Assembly (NCBI RefSeq): GCF_964355755.1
Contig: NC_092680.1
Location: 9,176,001-9,240,000 of the forward strand
Source: Antedon mediterranea
Taxonomy: Eukaryota > Animalia > Echinodermata
Length of the DNA stretch: 64,000 nucleotides
Direction: 5' to 3'
This document shows, piece by piece, positions 26,701-41,700 of this stretch (position 1 is the stretch's first letter; the number at the start of each line of letters is the position of its first letter). A program made the position numbers and the translations under genes. The notes under the pieces are model-generated. The model was not told where the DNA came from and made no database searches. It saw only the letters and a list, made by a program, of their open reading frames with translations.

Positions 26701-29700
26701 TGAGACCAGAGACCCGAGACCCAATACGAAAAGGGAGACCCCACTATACGAAAAGGGAGACCCCACTCTACGAAAAGGGAGACCCCACTATACGAAAAGG
26801 GATACCCCACTAACACTATACGAAAAAGGAGACCCCACTACACAAAAAGGGAGACCCCAAATATACGAAAAGGGAGACCTCAAATATACGAAAAGGGAGA
26901 CCCCAAATATATGTAAAGGGAGACCCCAAATATACGAAAAGTGAGACCCCAAATATACGAAAAGGGAGACCCAAATATACAAAAAGGGAGACCCAAATAT
27001 ACGAAAATGGAAAGCCAAAATATACAGTTATTACGTCGGCCCAGAGCCGCCTTAACTGTAAAAACTCAAAACCAAAGTTTTGTTCACAGTCAGTGTTTTA
27101 GGTCGGCCCAGGGTCGGCTTTCGAACGTTCACTAGAGTTGTTTTCCGCCGAACAGGAAGATTCAGGCAGCTCGCTTGGCATGCTGGGAAGGGGATATTCT
27201 CAAAACACAATATAGTTGACCCTATGAAGGCAACCCAAACAATTTAAGGGCCTGTTTCTATTGAAAAATAAAAAAAGAACGGTTTTTTGGAAACCGGTTT
27301 CGGCTGTTGTTTATAAATAAAGATCGCGTTGCAGCTCAATTTTTACTCCAATAAAACCGGTTCCGTCCATGTGCGTTCGTTATGAATGACGTCATTATAT
27401 ACACCACAATGCAGTTCGTTAGGCGGAAGCGCGATTTGATCGAGGTCATGCTTACTTTTTTTCGCATAGCGCGATCCCCAAGAAATAGCATCCATTTCAT
27501 CATAGAAGGGGGAATTATTACCTGAAACGTTATTGTGGTCCTTGGTTAAAGTATAGGTACGTCGCACCCTCTGATAATTGTCAAGTTGAACTCGTCTATT
27601 TTTCACGCGCTTTACAATATTCTTAAAAACAAGTAGGCCTAAGTATACGTGAGTCTTTCTTCCGACTCCCGACAAGTCCCCTCATCTTCTTTCCTTCACA
27701 TATTTTTTACGAACCTCGTAATGGCATCGGTCAACATTTTTTAGTTAAATAAAATACTCACTATCTAGAGAAATAAAAATGACTTAGGCCTAGGTCCGAT
27801 GACCGCAATCATCCCAGTGCAGCAGACTGCAGAGTTCAGTTTTTGGGGTCAAATTGAGACCGCGATTGTGTTGCAGCTAAAAATTGCTCCGCGGAAACCG
27901 GTTTCAGAATGGTTCTTTGCGATCGAGACCGCAATCAATTGGGGTTTTTGAAACCGTTTTTAAGATCGGTTCTTTTTTGTGGTTTTTTGTGGGGACCCAT
28001 TTCTGCTGGCAATAAAAAACGGTTCTTGAAAAGAACGGTATTCAAAACCGTATTCTCTGCTCTATAGAAACAGGCCCTTTATCATTATCCAATATGACAC
28101 ATTACACAGTTAAAACAGATGTTATAAACATCTGGATTCTTTAATATACAGCCGAGAATGTTACATTCTATTTTTACTTCTTTCTGCATTAATTTAATTA
28201 ATATTTACATTTTATAAAAATAGATGGGAAACCACCACAAAAGATTTAAATATATCATTATTTCTATTGACAGTCGATTCTCTAAACTTTCATCAATGCA
28301 ACAACGTACTCCCGCCCTGGCTAGTATCTGGGCTACTAATTATATACACGACCCTTGTTGCCCTTACTAGCGGCGCGAGTGATTTTTTTTTTGCTAGGAT
28401 AGTATAGTGGCGTCCCTTTTCGTATATTTGGGGTCTCCCTTTTCGTATATTTGGGTCTCCCTTTTTGTATACAGTATTTGGGGTCTCCCTTTTCGTATAT
28501 TTGGGGTCTCACTTTTCGTATATTTGGGGTCTCCCTTTTCGTATAGTGGGGTCTTCCTTTTCGTATAGTGGGGTCTCCTTTTTCGTATTGGGTCTCAAGT
28601 CTCGGGTCTCGAAACACCCATGACATTGCTTGCGATACGAAAGCAAAACTCAATGAATGATATTGTAGTTAACAACACAGAGGTATAACTTTGTCCTTTA
28701 ACTTTTGTGTGTGTAAACACAGATCATTAGAATCCTACCAGTAATAATAAATCAGATAGATAACATGTACATTCATGTAGGAAGTGAATAATATAATTAT
28801 GACAACTTTATTTATTCATTTAAGTGCATGTATGTCAACAACATGCTTAGTAATTAATTAAAGCACACTATTGACATTATACAACCACAAATTGATTGGC
28901 TAATTACTGGCAAGCATCTGTATAAATCCCCTGCTGTTTTTGGTTTGTTTACATTGTGGTTTATTTGTAGATATTCATTTCACTACATCCATCATGACTT
29001 GTGTTGTTTAATAATATTGTGATTTGTATGGCAGATTACCCATTGTTAGTTTTATTCATGGAGGAAAACATTTATTTTTATAGGTCTTTAGTTGATAACA
29101 ATACATTTAAAAGACGTATTTTATATTATTCAATTTGGAGGTGTTTAATTTGATTATGAAATATTATGTAATTTAATTTAAGACTTCAGTATTTTATACA
29201 GATGGTATTTTGCCAGAATCTTATGCCTTAAGCCATAGTTACTGTACACCCATTCAATCAAAACTGACTGGCTATTTATTGGATTACATTGTGTGTAGAC
29301 AATAAGGTCAATATTGATACATTGATATTAATACTCTCTGCAGTGTTCTCCTCTAGCCATATTTGCTGGAAACGAATTGCTCCCCATCAGAGTTTAAATT
29401 TAGCAAAAATATTGGTATGAGTAAAACATACTTTAACATGCACGCATTATAGCAAAATATCCTGTACTGATGATATGAATAAAACCATGTTTACTGTATA
29501 TGAAATAAATAAACTGAACAACTAAATGGCATACACTTCCATCTACAGTATAATTTCCCTATTAAAAAATCTCCCAGCCACTCAAAATAAAATTAAACCC
29601 TCTTTGATTCAGTTTTACAATACTGTACAAGATACAAGGCCAGAGGATAGTACCCTCCACTGACACTGACAGTAGTATTTATGTGCAGTCATGTGTGTAA

Positions 29701-32700
29701 AATATATTGTTATCATTACTGTTACATTTGTGTTGTTACTGTAACCATGGAGAAATAAACTGTAACTCACTCTGATTAACCATGTTATTTACGATTGGCT
29801 ACACATACATTTCTAATAAATTATGAATGATTTACCCTTATATATAAATAATAGATGCATAAGAAACTGTTTTGATGAGTCAACTCGAAGTAGTAAACAT
29901 GACCTCAATCCAATCGCATTTCCGCCTAACGAACTGCATTGTGGTACAGTATATAATAACATCATTTATAAAGAACGCACATGGATGGAACCGATTTTTT
30001 ATTTGAGTAAAAATTGAACAGCAACATCATCTTTATTTATAAATAACTGCCGAAGCCGGTTTCCAAGAAAACCATTATTTTTATTTTTCAATAGAAACAG
30101 GGCTATCATGATGTCACAGAATTACACCCACATTCCTCCCGAGTGAATGTGGCCTAGGGTTTATCAAAATCTTTAATTAAACGACTCCTGATCAAATGTT
30201 ATGGATTATTGTATATAGTACTGTACCTCTAAAAGCAGGTAATTATATAGTATGACATGGTTATTACTGTATGTTTTAAACACTTAAATCTTTCGACAAT
30301 TACTGTAATAAGTCACAAGGTACAGTACGAGAGTTTTGAATGAATCTCTTATTTCAAGAAATGTTGGTTTATTTGGCAGTATAATGTTATAAAGGCGCCA
30401 TCATATGACCTCTAGGCCTTCCATTTGTTGAACGATGACAGACATGCAGACATAAAAAATTATCCTAAACTAGTAACCATGGTGATAATCATTTAAAATT
30501 GTAAACATGCTCACTGCTTCAAACTTAATTCTACTGCTTTTTTTTGTTTCGGTCTTTGAAATTCTTTAATGTCGATGTTATTGTTATTATTTATTGTACA
30601 TATAATTTTTAAACATAGCCCTACAGTAAAGTTTGTCACATTGCCTGTAGTGTTGGTTCTCAGAAGTTCTATTCTCTCTATATTTTAAAAAGACATGACC
30701 ACGCCTACAGTATCCGGATCCAACAATTGGCCTATAGATTAGTACCGTATATTTCGGTGTATAAGTCGCACATGTGTATAAGACACACCCCCTAAATGAG
30801 AGTAAAATATCGGGTATTTTTTATATCGTCGATGTATAAGACGCACTTTATATTTCATCAAAACAATTTTTTTTAAAATTGTAAATGTAATCAATATATT
30901 GTAATAATATATTTGGTTATATCTACAACGGCGTCCTTTATTTAGGTTTTTTCTTACCTAGGCTCGGCTGCGCCCAGCCTCAACAAGTTCTTTCTAACTT
31001 GTTATTCATGAGTTTAGCACCCGCAACATCGAGTGCATGACCGTGTGTGTAACACGTACTTGTGTGGGCTAGCCTCGCTCGATCATTTCGAGAGGGCGCA
31101 CATTTTCACGGACAATCGTATTCGATTAGTATCTATGTATCCGAGAAGTGTGTACGCTAGGTCCATGCTATAATCACCTGGAGAATGTACTAGTCGAATA
31201 CCGTACACCATGTGGCCGCCAAGAAGAAGGGCTTGCGCTGGGGGTACGGTGATCGTGCGTATAACTATAAATAAATACTAGCCTAGCTAGGCTATTCCAA
31301 TCGTAAACGTTTACAAATGAAATTTTATCGTAGCGCCTACAACAGCTCCATAATGAACAAATCTTTTCATCATATTTAGTATAACATCATGCTAAAATGC
31401 CTTGAAAACTAGGCAGAAGCAGGTTGCCGTTACGTTAGTATACTGTAGCTAGGCCTAGCCTACTCAGGCCTAGCAAACGAGGTGACGATATGTACAATCT
31501 GTGTGGTGAGGCATTTATGTTCGGTGTATAAGACGCACCCTTAATTTAGAGGTCAAATTTGCGTGTCAAAAGTGCGACTTATACACCGAAATATACGGTA
31601 AATGAATGGGGAAAAAACCAAGAAGGGAATAGCAAAAGAAAAGATTTTATCACAATTTCAACAAATAGTGTAGGACATTGGCCATCAAAAAGGAGTAAAA
31701 AAAGATTTTAAATAAATTATAGCTTCGTAGGAAAACTACAGTTTACATAATAAATTTATGTTGACTATAAAACATATTTAAACCCTCTAAATTTCAAGCT
31801 ATTGACAGCATTAGAAATTATAGACGCAAATTCAGTTTTCAGTTCAGTTTTTATCTTTAAGTAAGCACTTTAACAATTCCCTAGAGATATACCTGTACGT
31901 AAGTGGCAAAGACTATCACATGCATAATTTAATAATCTGCATGTAATTATCGTTATGATGCTAAATTGTTTTTGAAATAAGATCTATGTTATTGAAACAT
32001 CAACATTTGTAGAAAACAATATGGCTGGATAGTATTATTTTACAAGTTAATAAGCTACATTATGGATGGGAGAGAGGCTTTAAATAGGGCTGTTTAATTT
32101 ACCACTTAGCACAAACTTAACAAGTTTTATATAAGGAGGAATGGTAATCATTTAGCTTATATCATATAAATATTATAGCATTAACATATAGTACTGTACT
32201 ACTAGTCTATGTAGCAATATATTATAGCATTAACATATAGTACTACTAGTCTATGTAGCAATGTTTGGCCTGGTGCCCATAACATCTGAAGATCGCCAAA
32301 AGGAAATTCAGTCTTTACAAGCCAACCACAATGTAATTTCAAATTAACTTGTCTGAATTTATAAATTAAATTACCTTTATAAAAGATTATTATTGATTAT
32401 GCCATGTTTTTCTGATCTGTTTCAAAATATTTGGTGACATTTTATTATGACGCATGACTTTGAATAATACTTTGTCTTTACGATGACATTTTGAGAATGT
32501 GCTGGGATTAACATCTGTTTAGCGCTGCATCAAGAACGTTTGTTGTGAAATTCTCCCAGCGAAAAATTAATTCAACAAGGAAATTGTCCGGTTTGGGATG
32601 TGGTGAGTTAAAAATCATGAGTCATTCACGTCTGTAGTACAATCTTATTGCAAAACCGAATAAAATTATAAAAATGATTAAATTTTACTACTGACATTGA

Positions 32701-35700
32701 TATTCATATTTGTAAAATCATACATGTACATGTTTTTAATGTTATATTTTATTATACCTAAATAATTGAATAGTACCCATGATATGATAGCAACATTCGG
32801 ATGACTTACTATTTTATATCTGTAAAATCTAATTATACAGTAATTACACAGCAATATGCAGTGGCGAATATAAATTATTTAAAAATATTGTACTGTAATT
32901 TTTCAGTAAGTATAATTTATTAATTTACTTTGACGTGTACTTTAAATCAGTCTACAACTTGAGAAATGTAATGTGTATTCAATTTACGATGAACAAAATC
33001 TAAAAATTGTTTTGAGCAAGATAGTGACAGTGACACCTTCATAGTTTTAATGTATAGCTCCTCCTTGGGAGTGGCTATGAGCTCTCACTGGCCAAACTCA
33101 GGGAACCTGGAGCTTAAGGGCCCCAGAGCATGAGCAGCCCTCCCTTAAGAGTTTTACATTGAAAACAATTTGCATTAGTTACGTTTTCTTAAAAGTGATA
33201 CAGCAGTTTGTGTTTACAACAAATTTGTCTTTACTATGACGTTAGTTTAACTGAGAGTACCAGGATATACTAGTAGAACATGATACATCACACAAAGGGC
33301 CCTAAGGTGATTCAGAATTTGTTTGTTCATTGTGGAGCTGTGAAATTGAGCTGACCTAGAGTACCCATTCTACTTTGTTCCTCATCAGGTTTTCTTTTTT
33401 GGTGTCATGCTCAATTATTGTATTGTTTTTGGTAACTAAACAATTTTAAAAGATTTCCTATAATTGAGAAAGCCTGTGTAATCAAATTGTATACAGTATC
33501 TGAACAGCATAAAATCAAAGAAATATTGTCTGCAATATTCACATGGACAATGAGTTTAATGGCAAGTAGTTTTATGATCATCTAAACTCTAGTTCATAAT
33601 GGATAAAATTACTTTGAGCCATATTTTTACACATAGAAAATGCAATGTATTAACCTGATGGTTTAGCTGGTTGTACCAAATATCCCTTGAACTACCGTAC
33701 TGATGTTCACTATTACTATTGTGTGTAAAATTAATGTTCGTGATTATGAGTCATCGCCATTGTTTACTGGGACACTATAATTTATTGCTTTAAACATCAT
33801 TATTGAAAAATACCAGTGGTGTGATAACTTGTTTACAGTAAAGCCAACATTAGGTTTTTTCTCAAAGAATGAAATAAAATGTTATTGAGACTAAAAAAGA
33901 CAATTTCATGCCCAGTATTATCTGTAATAATTAGGTTATATGCATGAATGCATATAACCTCTTGATTCGGTCAGAATCTTTATTTATTTCTTTATTTATT
34001 TATTCTTTCCTTAGCACTATTTGTCCGTCAATTATCTTGATATCAGTTTCATCTAACTAAGTCAATTTTTCAGAGTATATTCCTTATGGCCAGGAATCGA
34101 TGTGGTTATGTTTTCACGGTGCGCAATCAAACATTACGCGGTCTACGCGCGATTTAACGAAATCACGTTTTTAACCATATCTTCACAAGCATGAATCACT
34201 TTAAAAAAAAATTTGGTACTCATAAATTTCAGGTCATATTTCATCATATGGCAATACAATTACGTGCGTAGCGCATATAACGCATGCGTACGCGCACTTA
34301 AAATGTTCAAAATTGTCAGAATTTATTTTCGATAAAATTAGAGTACGTTTCAGGCAATTTTAAACGTTTAAAAAATTGCCATAAGTGCGCAGATTTTTGC
34401 ACGCGCACTGCGCGTAAAACGTTGTTGCGCACAGTTTTTGTACGATTACTGTTGTATAACCTTTCTTTAACAATATCATCATATTGTATTAACTTTTCAA
34501 CGCAAAACAGCGTTATACGAGCACGTCAAAAGTGACAGGCTACGCACGTGTAAGTTAACAAAATGGTGAAAATATGCTAAATTTTAAAATTAATATATAT
34601 CGTTAGAATGCTCGGGAACACCGATTTTTTATTTCATTTTCTTGAAGTGTATGTATCATATGTATGATTTATTATGAAGAGAACAAAAGTTGATTAAGTC
34701 ACCATTAATGGCATATTAAATTTACAAAAATTAATTTCGACAATCAAACAAATTATAACATTTTCTTAGGCCGAAATAATAAACTTAACATTAACTTTCT
34801 TCCTTAAGAAGTTCATATATTAAAGTTAAAAGTATATAGTTTGACAGTGCATCATTTTAAAAAATCTTTAAAGATGTCATCATAGTAAAACATTATAATT
34901 CATTGCGGTATGTAATACTCTATCTGCACCAAAGTGGTTACTGCATAGTAAATACACGGAGGAATATTTCCATAATTTTTAGTCAGTTGTGTATGGCTCG
35001 GTGGTCTTTGCTCGTGTCTATAGCATTCAAGGTACCGAGTTCGAGTCTCACCTTGGGAAACGAAACGAAATAAGATTTTTTTTTATTAACCGTATTGTTT
35101 GTTCAATTGTATTTCTTAGTGTATAGATTATACAGATGATTTATAATGATTTATTTAAAAACACAAATGTGGTTTATGACATTATATACGCAGAAGGATC
35201 TTTGATCGGATTATGATACCGGCTATTGTATTTGCGTTAGCAAGATCCTATCATATATTATAAATAACTAAAGATTCTGAGAAAATCGATCAATCAAAAT
35301 ATCTTAAATCAATCAATTATCTTTATTTAAATCAATGCATATAACCTACAGTATAATTCGTCATAGTGACGAATTAAATCTAGTACTTTAAGTTTTAAGT
35401 TAAAAAATAAATTAGATACTCTAGTGCAATTTAAATCACTTTATCATGATTATGGTCTCACTATGCTCTTAACCAAATACAGTAATTTTTCCATATTTTT
35501 CTTTCAGCTTCGTTCGAATAACAAAATTATAGATTTTTGTACAATATTTCTCATATATCACATAGATACCTGCAGTAAACTAGGTTAAAGAGAGTAAAAA
35601 TAGAATATTATGGATATAGTATCAATTATATATTGTTTTTCTTTCCCCTCAGGATATAAAAGAGAAAAAATGTGAAGAACAGCAACTTGCAGGCTTACCA

Positions 35701-38700
35701 AAGCAACGTAGGAAGAAAGGCCAGACATTATCTTCTGGCGGCGGCAAAAGCAAAGTTTTGGAAAGCAAGAAGAAAGACTCGAAAATGGATATTTATATTC
35801 AAACTGTTCTTAGCGACACTGGTAATGAGACATCTGGAATCCAGGGCGAGGAATCAAATGGTGGGAGCATCATCTTACAAGCAATTGTGGATTGTGCTTC
35901 GGAAACTCTACAACAAGCTTTAGAGAACACCATTATTCAAGGTGAAACTTTTGAGTTATCAAACACGGTCGAGGAAACGTCTGTGGAGAGTAATCAGTCA
36001 GACGCTAGTACTACTGCAAAAAGTGTCAAGATAAAAAAGAAAGTTACTAATAATAGCCAGCAAAAGAAAGATGAGGAAATTGTTGAGGAAGACGTGTTGA
36101 TCCCTATTGATACGGGAATGGTTGTTGAAGTGTTTGAAAATGAAGATGGTATTGAAAGTGCATCAATACCTGTGAACACACCTGAGAAGGGACCTGGGTA
36201 TGGTTACATGTCTTATGCGCATAATTTTGGAGTTGATGCGGAAACAGACAATAAAGAGAGTGATGCTATTGCTAATTTAACAGGTGATGAGCAAGAAAAA
36301 GATAAGTCCAAAGAGGGATCCACACAATTACAACCGCAGTATAGAGTACAGTCAGGGTACAGCCCAAAATCACAATCTCATATCCCAAAAAATACCACCA
36401 CAAAAATGTCTCACACAGAGGCAACTGAATCAGCCATAAAGAAATCGAAAAAACCATCAGAAGAAAAAAAGGAAACCGCATTAACATCGAGCAAAACCAA
36501 GGCCAAAACTTCTAAAGCTAATGCAAAACTAAAAAATGTGGTTTCTGCACAAGGTAAAAGTGTAAAAAACATTTCTACAAAAGCCAAAAACGTTTCTTCA
36601 AAAGTAAAGAATGTCGTATCAACAAAAGTACAAAAAAAGACTGGTACTACACTAAAATCTACAACAAAATCTGATTCAAAAACATCACCTAAAAAAGTAA
36701 AATGTGATCCAGTCAATAGTCCTAAGGAAGACTCTAAAACGCCTCAAAAGGAATTCAACAAGAAAGTGTCAAAGAACAGGAAAAATAAAATTGACAGGAT
36801 AAACAAAGTTATGGCTGCATTGAACAATTCTCCAACTAGCAGTGTTGAAAACACAACAGAACTATTAGAAACCAATCTATCCCCTACCAAAGATAAAACA
36901 AAGAAAAAGAAAAAATCTCGATCAAAAGATAAAGAAAGAAAAGATAAAAAAAGGAAAAGAAAGCATAAAAGTTCCAAAGAAAAACATGACTTAAATGGCA
37001 GTAAAAAGAAAAAGAAGAAAGCAAAGAAAGACAAAAGTGTAAGTCCTGATAAAAGTGAATCTTTAGAATCGGGTGAAAGCACACACCACCACCGCCATCA
37101 TCATCACCACAAACCAAAAAAAAAGACACGAAAAGACAAAGGGAAACACCGCAAAAAGTCTGAAAGTGATTCAACGCTCATTGATAATAGTAAATTGAAT
37201 GAAGACAAAATCAAAAAGTTGTCAGATACATTATCAAAACTAGAGTCATCAATAAATTCAGAAAAGCTTGACTCAAAAACAAAACATTCTAGTTCACAAA
37301 AGAGTCCGAAAAAGAAGAGACCTTTGGAAAAGCTTTATGATATCGATGTTGTTTCACTTACACCTAAGTTGAAATCAACTTGCAAAAAAACCCTACAAAA
37401 ACAAACTTCAAAGAAACCTAAAGCAGTGTGTAAAACAAAACCGAAACAAAGCTTTACAAAGAATTCAAATGTCGCCGGAAGCCGAAAAACAAATTTAAAG
37501 GGCAATAATAGGAAAGGTAAATTAGTTGAAGAACCCAAATTGAATATTTCAACACCTCTTCATATTGATATTCCAGAAGATAGACCTGTCCAATACACAA
37601 AGGGTGTTGGTAGAGGTCGTGGTAGAGGCAGAAGGAAGTATGGAACATCAAGGATATTAGCTGTTAAGAAAGTAACACCAAAGCCAAAAAAAGTTGAAGA
37701 ATTACCTGTGGATGAAAGTCAGACAACCGCAAAACAAGGAGTAATGGAAGATCTATCTGAGAAACAGGTGCATGATATTGAAAAAAATAATACAGAAGCT
37801 GATCATTCTGATCCTTCAATAGCTCTTAAAAAGAAACCATCCGATAGTATGGAAAGGGACAATAAAAATAAAGAGCAGACTCCTTCACCCCAAAGTGCCA
37901 CAACATGTATGAGTGAAGAAGCATTATTTAGTGACAGTGGTATCGGAACTGACAATAACAGTAATGCTGATCATCAAGCGAATGAAAAATCTAGAAAAAA
38001 CCATGATGTTGAAATTGCACCAGGTGTGATGTCATCACATCCTCTTGCTACGTCAGCTCATGGACTTTATGGTTATGGCAAAAAAGAGAAAAATAAGAAA
38101 CAACTGAATTGGCCAGTAACATTGGGCAGACGAAAAAAGAAGAAGCATCGTTTAATACGCCCAGCAACAAGAGTTACACCCGAGTTTATATTTGAATTAG
38201 ATGCATTGGTTTTACAATTGAGGGCTCTTAAATTAGAATATCCTGAAGAATTAGAAAACAATTTTATGTCAGCCTCTGGGAAGAAAAACCATTTGTCATC
38301 TTTAGTAAAATTAACTCCTGGATTCAGTACGATGCTTAGACCATCTTATTTGGGAGCTGCAATGAATATTCACTGTGATAAATTGAAGCAGAAGAAAAAG
38401 AAAAAATCTAAACATAGAAGGAGAGAACTAAGGGAAAATGGTGATGGGAAACTGACTTCACCTTTATCTCATCATTCTGGCGAACCAAGTGAAGCTGGTG
38501 ACACATCTCCCTTAAAGGTTGCGGAGGATCACAAAACTGACTTACCATATGATACAAATTTGCAGAAAAATGTAGAGGAAACAATGGATGTTGTAAAAAC
38601 AAATGAACCACAGAAAAGTATGCCAAAAATTGTTGAAGAAGAACCTACAACAGAAACAACATTAGAATCTGCAAGTTTTGAAAATTTAGGTAGCTCTGTA

Positions 38701-41700
38701 ACAGAAGTTGAACAAACCAAATCTGATCAAGATACTCCTAAAGAACAACCAGGAGTTATAACAGAAGAGGAACAGATAAAAGATGCCACAGATCAAGTAA
38801 GCAATGCCCAACCATTTCAAGAATCTAATCAGGCATCTACAATATCTGATACACCGCAACCTATAAAAACAAAGCATATATTTCATAGAATCCAAAGAAC
38901 AAGGAGAAGAAAGGGAAAAGGAAGAGGATTTACAAGAAGGAAAATTAGAGGAACATACCAGAGTAAGAAGCTTCAGGTCTTGATGAGTGAAGACAATGAA
39001 GATGCAATATTGGAAGATATCGATGATGAAGAAAGAAGCTCTGAAAATGATGAATCTGATCAACTTAATTTTGAAGATGCTATTGAAAATATAAACAAAG
39101 TTTCTAATCGTGAAAGCAATGGTTTATCACCTGAAAATGTTGGCAATGACAACACACAGTCTTTAGAGAAACAATGTGAAGCAATTATTCAAAAGTGTAA
39201 CCAGGTGAATGAGCCATTACAAATCAAGAGAAAGCGTGGCAGACCAAAGCTAAACGGAAGGAAACCAGGACGGCCAAGAAAAAATCCACTCCCTGAAGTT
39301 AGCATTTCCACGGCTAGCAATAGCCTTTTGAAAAAGAAAAAGAATAAATCTAAGAAATTGAATAAAGGAAAAAGCAATGAATCTTTATGCCAAGCTGTTG
39401 ATTCTTTTACAGAAAGCAATATAAATAAAAACTCTGAAAGTCCAGTCATTATTGAACAGGAGACGTTATTTCTAAGAAGATCTCCAAATATAAATATATC
39501 GCCTAATGAGCATGTTCCAGTAGAGAAAATGTATGAATCGACTAATCATGAATTTGACAGCGTGAAAAGAAAAATAGATGCAGCGATTAAAGCTTGTGTT
39601 GATAAGATTAAAAATACCAAACGCAATGACAGGCCATTACTTGATGGTTCACAAAGTAAATATATTGTAAAAACAGGGACTAAGAGAAAGGGTGGATTCC
39701 TAGGCCCAAAACTTAAACCAAATATCATGGAAGCAACCTTGACTTCAGATGAAATAAATATGAATAAACCTAGATTAAAAGCAGAACTTCTTTCACAGTA
39801 TCAAACCAAAAAACATTTATCTAAAATTAAGAGAAAGAAGTTTCACAAATTAGTTACAAGTGCAATACAAAGTCCGAGTAGTAAACAGGGTAGTGAAGTG
39901 ACAACAATATCTGATGACAGTAGTATAGAAGAAGATGATGATGATGATGATGCAACAAGCGTGGAAGAGGAATGTGAAGAAAATGAACCAGTTCCAATTG
40001 TTTCAACATCGTTGATCAGTGGCAGTGATGACACTGAGCTTCCACAGACATTATCAGATCCTGAGGATCCTTCAACATTCTCAATTTTGAAACAAAAGAA
40101 GATTTTAAAAGGTGCAAAGGGAGATAAAAGGAAGGAAAGTGTTGAATGTAAATTACCGCTTAAAAAGAGAAAACTAACATTGACTGTCAAAGATGATGGA
40201 ACAGCTTCAAGGTAAGAGTTATTAAAGACTGGAATTATATTTAGGTAATCCTACCTCATGTTTTTGTTTGTCAAAATGAATGATATGAGGATATCATTTT
40301 CAGTATTTAAAAACCAATATTTCGCCAACATATCTGTCATCTCACTCATTACAAGAAAGGGGCCAACTACAGGCAATGCTAAGAACTGATAGATTCATTT
40401 GCATACTTTATCCCAAATAATTTTTTAGCGACACCAGTATCAAAATTGTAAGTGTGACTGTGGATGAAGCGGAACTGAAGGAAACAAGTGCGTTACCTGG
40501 AAAACAAACTCTTAAAGGATTTGAAGAAGGTAGCAAAAGTCGAAAACGAAGAGCGCAACAAAGAAAACGAGAGGACAAACCACCAAAGAAAAAGTACTGG
40601 AAGGCGGGAATGTATTCTAGTTCATTCAAAGAGGAAGTGGTGTAAGTGTATAATAGTTTTCTTTTGTAAAAAAATAGGTACAAAAAAGTAATGTTTAATG
40701 AATACAGTAGAACATTAAGAGGACAAATGTGGGATTAAACAAAGTGCCCTCCAGGTAGGATGTCTTCTGTAGCCGTAGTGTTGTAACACATCATCTGGTG
40801 ATAATTGTCAATTGTCTATCCATCTTCTCCTTTAAATTTCACTGAAATTGTTAGTTTCATATGGAAGTGTCTCGAAGGAGGCGGTCTGCTGTATTAAAAA
40901 TAATCTTTAACTAAAACATTTATTTTGATATGCTGTTTGGTTGTGGTGTCACAAGTATATGTAAATATTTATAATGCGGTCATGACCAAACTGAGTAATA
41001 AGAAGAATGTGTAGGTATTGAAATGTAAATGTTATGGTTTTTAGTTCAAAAGAGACCACATGCATTGTGTACTTCTGTCGTACAGTTTATTTACCCCAAA
41101 ATACCCCCTTTCTTCCTAATTTATAATTGCCTTTCATAAACACACTATTTAAAGTAAAGTTTTGGAATGTTGCCTTATTTTCAAAGATTCAAATGTAAAT
41201 CAGTATCCATGACCATATTTTAAATTTCATAATGAATATGGTAGAATTTTTTGGGACTCTTAATATGGGTGTCCCTGCATAGGGGTTGGCTGGATTGTTA
41301 AACTTCTCTTAGTTTCATATGAAATTGTCTTAAGTTAGAATGTCCCTGAATAGGGATGCATTAAAGAAGGCGTTCCACTGTATTTAATATATTGTAAGCA
41401 AATTCCCCAGAGAATATAATAAGTAAAGTATTTGTAATACTTTGACATTAGTAGTTAAGCACAGTTTATTGATTGTCTCCATCCCCGAAACCTCGACTAA
41501 GAAATACCGGAATGGTGTCCGGCGGGGGATAGTTTATTACCATTAGTTAAGGTCCTATGTAAAGCACCTAGAGGGGTCAGTGATCCATTAGGCGCTATAT
41601 AAATACTGTTTATTATTATTATTATTTAGATGCTGTCTGACTCTATGCATTCTTAACCTAGTACATTACAAAATGTCACAGCGTAATCACCTCTCCTTTG

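Noticed and set aside
26788-28653. ORFs in the ~22-bp arrays; CRISPR-like appearance
   Set aside because: These are subterminal repeats of a foldback element; no unique spacers, no cas genes, eukaryotic context.
34986-35057. Functional tRNA gene
   Set aside because: A and B boxes are present but I could not fold a convincing cloverleaf; it lies inside a repeat.
35758-40215. 1485-aa ORF as a stand-alone intronless gene
   Set aside because: It starts at TTG, and the frame is open back to the acceptor at 35652 and ends at a donor; it is an internal ASH1L exon. The overlapping - strand ORFs are shadows.
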